Origin: Cyanobacteria bacterium P01_D01_bin.156
Lineage (GTDB): Bacteria > Cyanobacteriota > Cyanobacteriia > Phormidesmidales > Phormidesmidaceae
Direction of reading: 5' to 3'
DNA: 64,000 nt
Assembly (NCBI GenBank): GCA_039024555.1
Contig: JBCCQQ010000001.1
Coordinates: forward strand, 192,001 to 256,000
Shown one piece after another: positions 60,692-64,000 of the stretch (positions are counted from its first letter, which is position 1; each line of letters starts with the position of its first letter). The notes beneath the pieces are model-generated. The model had not been told where the DNA came from. It was given only the letters and a program-made list of their open reading frames with translations, and searched no databases. Both the position numbers and the translations under genes were made by a program.

Positions 60692-62476
60692 ATGGTTCGT
60701 TCAGATAACTATCAAGATGGAGCTGTAGGCGCTTCTGTTACAGCAATTCAAAAAGATACCCCTGTGCACGATGATCTAGACCAGCTGCTCAGCATCTTAC
60801 CCATGGCGTTAAGTCAGCCCCTGAGTAATCATCCTCAACGTCATCAGCTGATAGAGGTGATTCTCGATTTAGGAAGACGTCCTGAGGCACGCTTTCCAGA
60901 TAAGGCCGATTTTCTATCTGAACAGACAATCACCCAAGAGGACTTAGAGTATTGCATCAAGCATGTGGGGAACTTCGGAGGCGATAATCGCGCTGGAATT
61001 GAAAGGACGCTACATCGCATTAGTGCTATGCGCAATCGCGCTGGCGACATTATCGGTTTAACTTGCCGTGTGGGTCGAGCTGTTTTTGGTACGGTCGAAA
61101 TGATTCGTGATCTGGTGGAAGCCGGGCAATCGATTCTGCTGTTGGGGCGTCCTGGTGTGGGTAAAACAACTGCCCTACGAGAAATTGCCAGAGTTTTAGC
61201 AGACGACCTACACAAGCGTGTGGTGATTATTGATACGTCGAATGAAATTGCAGGTGATGGCGATATTCCTCATCCTGCTATCGGTAGAGCGCGTCGCATG
61301 CAGGTAGCACTACCTGAACATCAACATCAGGTGATGATTGAAGCAGTTGAGAATCACACACCAGAAGTGATTATCATCGACGAGATTGGGACTGAACTGG
61401 AGGCATTGGCAGCTCGCACAATTGCTGAACGGGGGGTGCAACTGGTGGGCACAGCCCACGGTAATCAGCTGGAAAATCTGATTAAGAATCCGACACTAGC
61501 TGATTTAATTGGTGGAATTCAAACGGTAACTCTGGGAGACGACGAAGCCCGCCGTCGTGGCAGCCAGAAAAGCGTGTTAGAACGTAAAGCACCACCAACA
61601 TTCGACATGGCGATTGAGATGCTGGAAAGGCAGCGATGGGTGGTTCACGAGGATGTGACTACAACAATAGATCATCTTTTACGGGGAAGAGCACCTGAGA
61701 CTCAAATCCGTACAGTTGGTGAAAATGGCAAAGTTTTAATCACCCACGAGCTGCCGGACGTGGTCAGCCAGCATCGGACAAAACGTCGCACATCCAATCG
61801 AGGATGGCGGGAAGCTGGGCAGATGAAACCGGTAGCATCGTCAGCAAAACGAAGCACACAAATCCCATCTCTGCCTAGCACTAAGGAGTTTGACGATTTT
61901 CAGACCCTTTTAGACCAACAGATGGATACTACGGGCCTAGAATTGTCCATCCCTGTGGGACCCAATGGCGAAGACCTGGTATCTATTTATCCCTATGGCA
62001 TTAGCCGCGAGCAACTGCATCATGTCATCGATACGCTCAAGTTTCCGGTCTCTATAACTAAGGATCTTGGGGTTGCTCAAGCAGTATTGGCACTGCGATC
62101 TCATGTACGTAACCACTCCAAACTAAAAACCCTTGCCAAGTCTCGTCAGCTACCTATTTACACCGTTAAGTCCAACACCATTCCACAAATTACTAGAGCA
62201 CTCCAACGCTTACTTGACATCGATCCCCGCGATCAATCCGACGGTATTGACTTGTCTCTGTTTACTCGACAAGGTGAAGATGATGAACTAGAGGCTTTGG
62301 AAGAAGCCAGACTAGCCGTTGAACAGATCGTTATCCCTAAGGGACAGCCTGTAGAATTGCTGCCCCGTTCTGCCAAAATTCGCAAGATGCAGCACGAGTT
62401 AGCCGAACATTATCGACTCAAGTCCTTGAGTTTTGGGGACGAGCCAAATCGAAGACTACGGATCTTTCCAGCTTAG
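60692..62476 (+). CDS. Ycf45-like AAA ATPase with C-terminal R3H domain
   Basis: DLGRRPEAR, GRPGVGKTT, IDTSNEIAGDGD, IIDEIG, R.MQH..AE.Y.L.S.S.G.EP.R. Confidence 0.88.
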   Translation: MVRSDNYQDGAVGASVTAIQKDTPVHDDLDQLLSILPMALSQPLSNHPQRHQLIEVILDLGRRPEARFPDKADFLSEQTITQEDLEYCIKHVGNFGGDNRAGIERTLHRISAMRNRAGDIIGLTCRVGRAVFGTVEMIRDLVEAGQSILLLGRPGVGKTTALREIARVLADDLHKRVVIIDTSNEIAGDGDIPHPAIGRARRMQVALPEHQHQVMIEAVENHTPEVIIIDEIGTELEALAARTIAERGVQLVGTAHGNQLENLIKNPTLADLIGGIQTVTLGDDEARRRGSQKSVLERKAPPTFDMAIEMLERQRWVVHEDVTTTIDHLLRGRAPETQIRTVGENGKVLITHELPDVVSQHRTKRRTSNRGWREAGQMKPVASSAKRSTQIPSLPSTKEFDDFQTLLDQQMDTTGLELSIPVGPNGEDLVSIYPYGISREQLHHVIDTLKFPVSITKDLGVAQAVLALRSHVRNHSKLKTLAKSRQLPIYTVKSNTIPQITRALQRLLDIDPRDQSDGIDLSLFTRQGEDDELEALEEARLAVEQIVIPKGQPVELLPRSAKIRKMQHELAEHYRLKSLSFGDEPNRRLRIFPA

Positions 62477-62603
62477 ACAGCTTGAGGTAAGCCTCCCTAC
62501 ATCTGAAAAATTCTGCCTTGGTCCCCGATTCAGATAAAATGATGGTCAAAGGCCCATGGGCTCGTACACCGAAGTTGAATCATTTTCAATTGGGAATAAA
62601 CAT

Positions 62604-63011
62604 ATGAAACGTCTTTTGTCTCGCCTCCTGGCATTTTCTCTGGTAGCACTTTTGGGCCTGACTGGCTGCGGTGGGGATGGCATGGGTGCTGATGGCTTGA
62701 GCGGCAACTATCGCCAGGACACCATGGCAGTTGTAGAAACTTTAAGGACAGCCATTGAGCTACCTACTGATGCCCCAAATCTACCCGAAGTACGCGCCCA
62801 GGCAAGACAACAAATTAATGCCTTCTCAGCTCGTTACCGTCGTTCGGCTTCTGCCTCCAGTCTGAGCTCTTTTGCTACTATGCAGACAGCTCTAAATGCA
62901 CTAGCTGGCCACTACAGTTCATACCCTAATCGTCCCATACCAGGAAAATTAAAAGCTCGCCTTGAGCAAGAGTTTAAGCAGGTCGAAATGGCTCTACGGC
63001 GTGAAGCGTAG
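62604..63011 (+). CDS. psb27: Photosystem II assembly lipoprotein Psb27
   Basis: Lipobox LTGC; LSGNY..DT, SF.TMQTALNALAGHYSSYPNRP.P.KLK.RL. Confidence 0.95.
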   Translation: MKRLLSRLLAFSLVALLGLTGCGGDGMGADGLSGNYRQDTMAVVETLRTAIELPTDAPNLPEVRAQARQQINAFSARYRRSASASSLSSFATMQTALNALAGHYSSYPNRPIPGKLKARLEQEFKQVEMALRREA

Positions 63012-63040
63012 ATGACTGGTTAAACTTAAGTCCAACAGGT

Positions 63041-63092
63041 TTTCAAGTAAAGAAGCTGCACTGATTGATCGGTGCAGCTTCTTTACTTGAAA
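63041..63092. terminator. 21-bp-stem hairpin after psb27
   Basis: TTTCAAGTAAAGAAGCTGCAC-N10-GTGCAGCTTCTTTACTTGAAA, perfect arms. Confidence 0.8.
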
Positions 63093-63160
63093 GGAGCGAG
63101 CGTATCAAGCCTAATAAGCAACGCTAACGTCAGGCAAGATCTATTCGACATAAAAATTCA

Positions 63161-63190
63161 TTGACTGCTAGCAAAGCAGTTTGCTAGGAT
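63161..63190 (+). promoter_or_regulatory. Putative sigma70-type promoter for rpmJ-rpsM
   Basis: TTGACT (63161) -N18- TAGGAT with TG extended -10, 36 nt before the rpmJ ATG. Confidence 0.55.
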
Positions 63191-63226
63191 GACACTTCTG
63201 TAGGCAATTCTTATTAAATTTTCAAC

Positions 63227-63340
63227 ATGAAAGTACGGGCATCTGTTAAGAAGATGTGCGACAAGTGCCGGGTGATTCGTCGGCGCGGTCGAGTTATGGT
63301 GATCTGTCCTAACCCAAAGCATAAGCAACGTCAGGGTTAG
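63227..63340 (+). CDS. rpmJ: 50S ribosomal protein L36 (below ORF-track cut-off)
   Basis: [37 protein letters not shown]. Confidence 0.98.
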   Translation: MKVRASVKKMCDKCRVIRRRGRVMVICPNPKHKQRQG

Positions 63341-63448
63341 ACGCTGTAACAGGTTTGACTGATTATTTCACATTGCATTCAGTGATTGGTGGCTGAGTCT
63401 ATAACGAAGCAGTGTAACTGCGAAACATTAAGCTAGGGAGAAAGCACG

Positions 63449-63829
63449 GTGGCACGTATTGCAGGCGTTGACCTACCCAGGGATAAGCGCATTGAGATTG
63501 GTTTGACCTACATATATGGTATTGGGTTAAGTCGATCAAAAGAGATTTTGGCAAAGACTGGGGTCAATGCCGACCTTCGCGTCAAAGATTTGGCTGATAG
63601 TGACGTTGCCAAATTACGTGAGGTGGTTGAGAACGATTACCAAATCGAAGGTGATCTGAGACGTTGGGAAAGTATGAATATTAAGCGACTGATGGATATC
63701 GGTTGCTATCGGGGGCGTCGACATCGGGTAGGCTTACCTGTCCGTGGTCAGCGTACTCGAACCAATGCGCGTACGCGACGTGGGAAGCGTTTAGCCATTG
63801 CTGGCAAGAAAAAGCCCGGCAAGAAGTAA
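63449..63829 (+). CDS. rpsM: 30S ribosomal protein S13
   Basis: [30 protein letters not shown]. Confidence 0.98.
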   Translation: MARIAGVDLPRDKRIEIGLTYIYGIGLSRSKEILAKTGVNADLRVKDLADSDVAKLREVVENDYQIEGDLRRWESMNIKRLMDIGCYRGRRHRVGLPVRGQRTRTNARTRRGKRLAIAGKKKPGKK

Positions 63830-64000
63830 AACTGCTTAGTCGCAAACCTTAGTTAAGTTTTTAATTTGACTTACTAGTTGGAATGTGGATGCTACAACAG
63901 GGCAGTCAACAGCAGATTATGAGAGTGGTAAGCAGATATTAATAGGCTCATCACTGTTAGTTAGAGTTTTGAGAGTTAACGTTTTCGGAAGACACGAACT

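Overview
This is a cyanobacterial chromosome segment. It carries photosynthesis, NDH-1, CP12, Psb27 and circadian genes, and I counted at least 21 HIP1 GCGATCGC octamers by eye. The gene set suggests a filamentous Leptolyngbya-like organism (inference). Most of the window is housekeeping: partial cobQ, a Ski2-like helicase, two lepB paralogues, ndbB, labA, aroF, cp12, recN, ndhF1, ndhR, the S10/spc ribosomal cluster, ndhN, ldpA, psb27, rpmJ and rpsM. I recognised no rRNA, tRNA, IS element, prophage or CRISPR array. Most notable observations: (1) A three-gene candidate trans-envelope signalling module at 25.5-31.1 kb, made of an outer-membrane beta-barrel, a secreted FecR-domain protein with a heptad-repeat tail, and a CHASE2 Ser/Thr kinase that appears to retain an adenylate-cyclase transducer helix. 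(2) The ribosomal superoperon is broken between infA and rpmJ; a single ~16 kb inversion would restore the canonical order, and rpmJ has its own promoter-like site. (3) Tandem repeats anchored on stop codons, and a perfect 75-bp palindrome. (4) Readable regulatory sites: a Pho box before a PEP-CTERM phosphatase-like protein, an NdhR box, and a SigJ/SigF-type box before an HmpF-like gene. All family assignments come from motif recognition, not from database searches.
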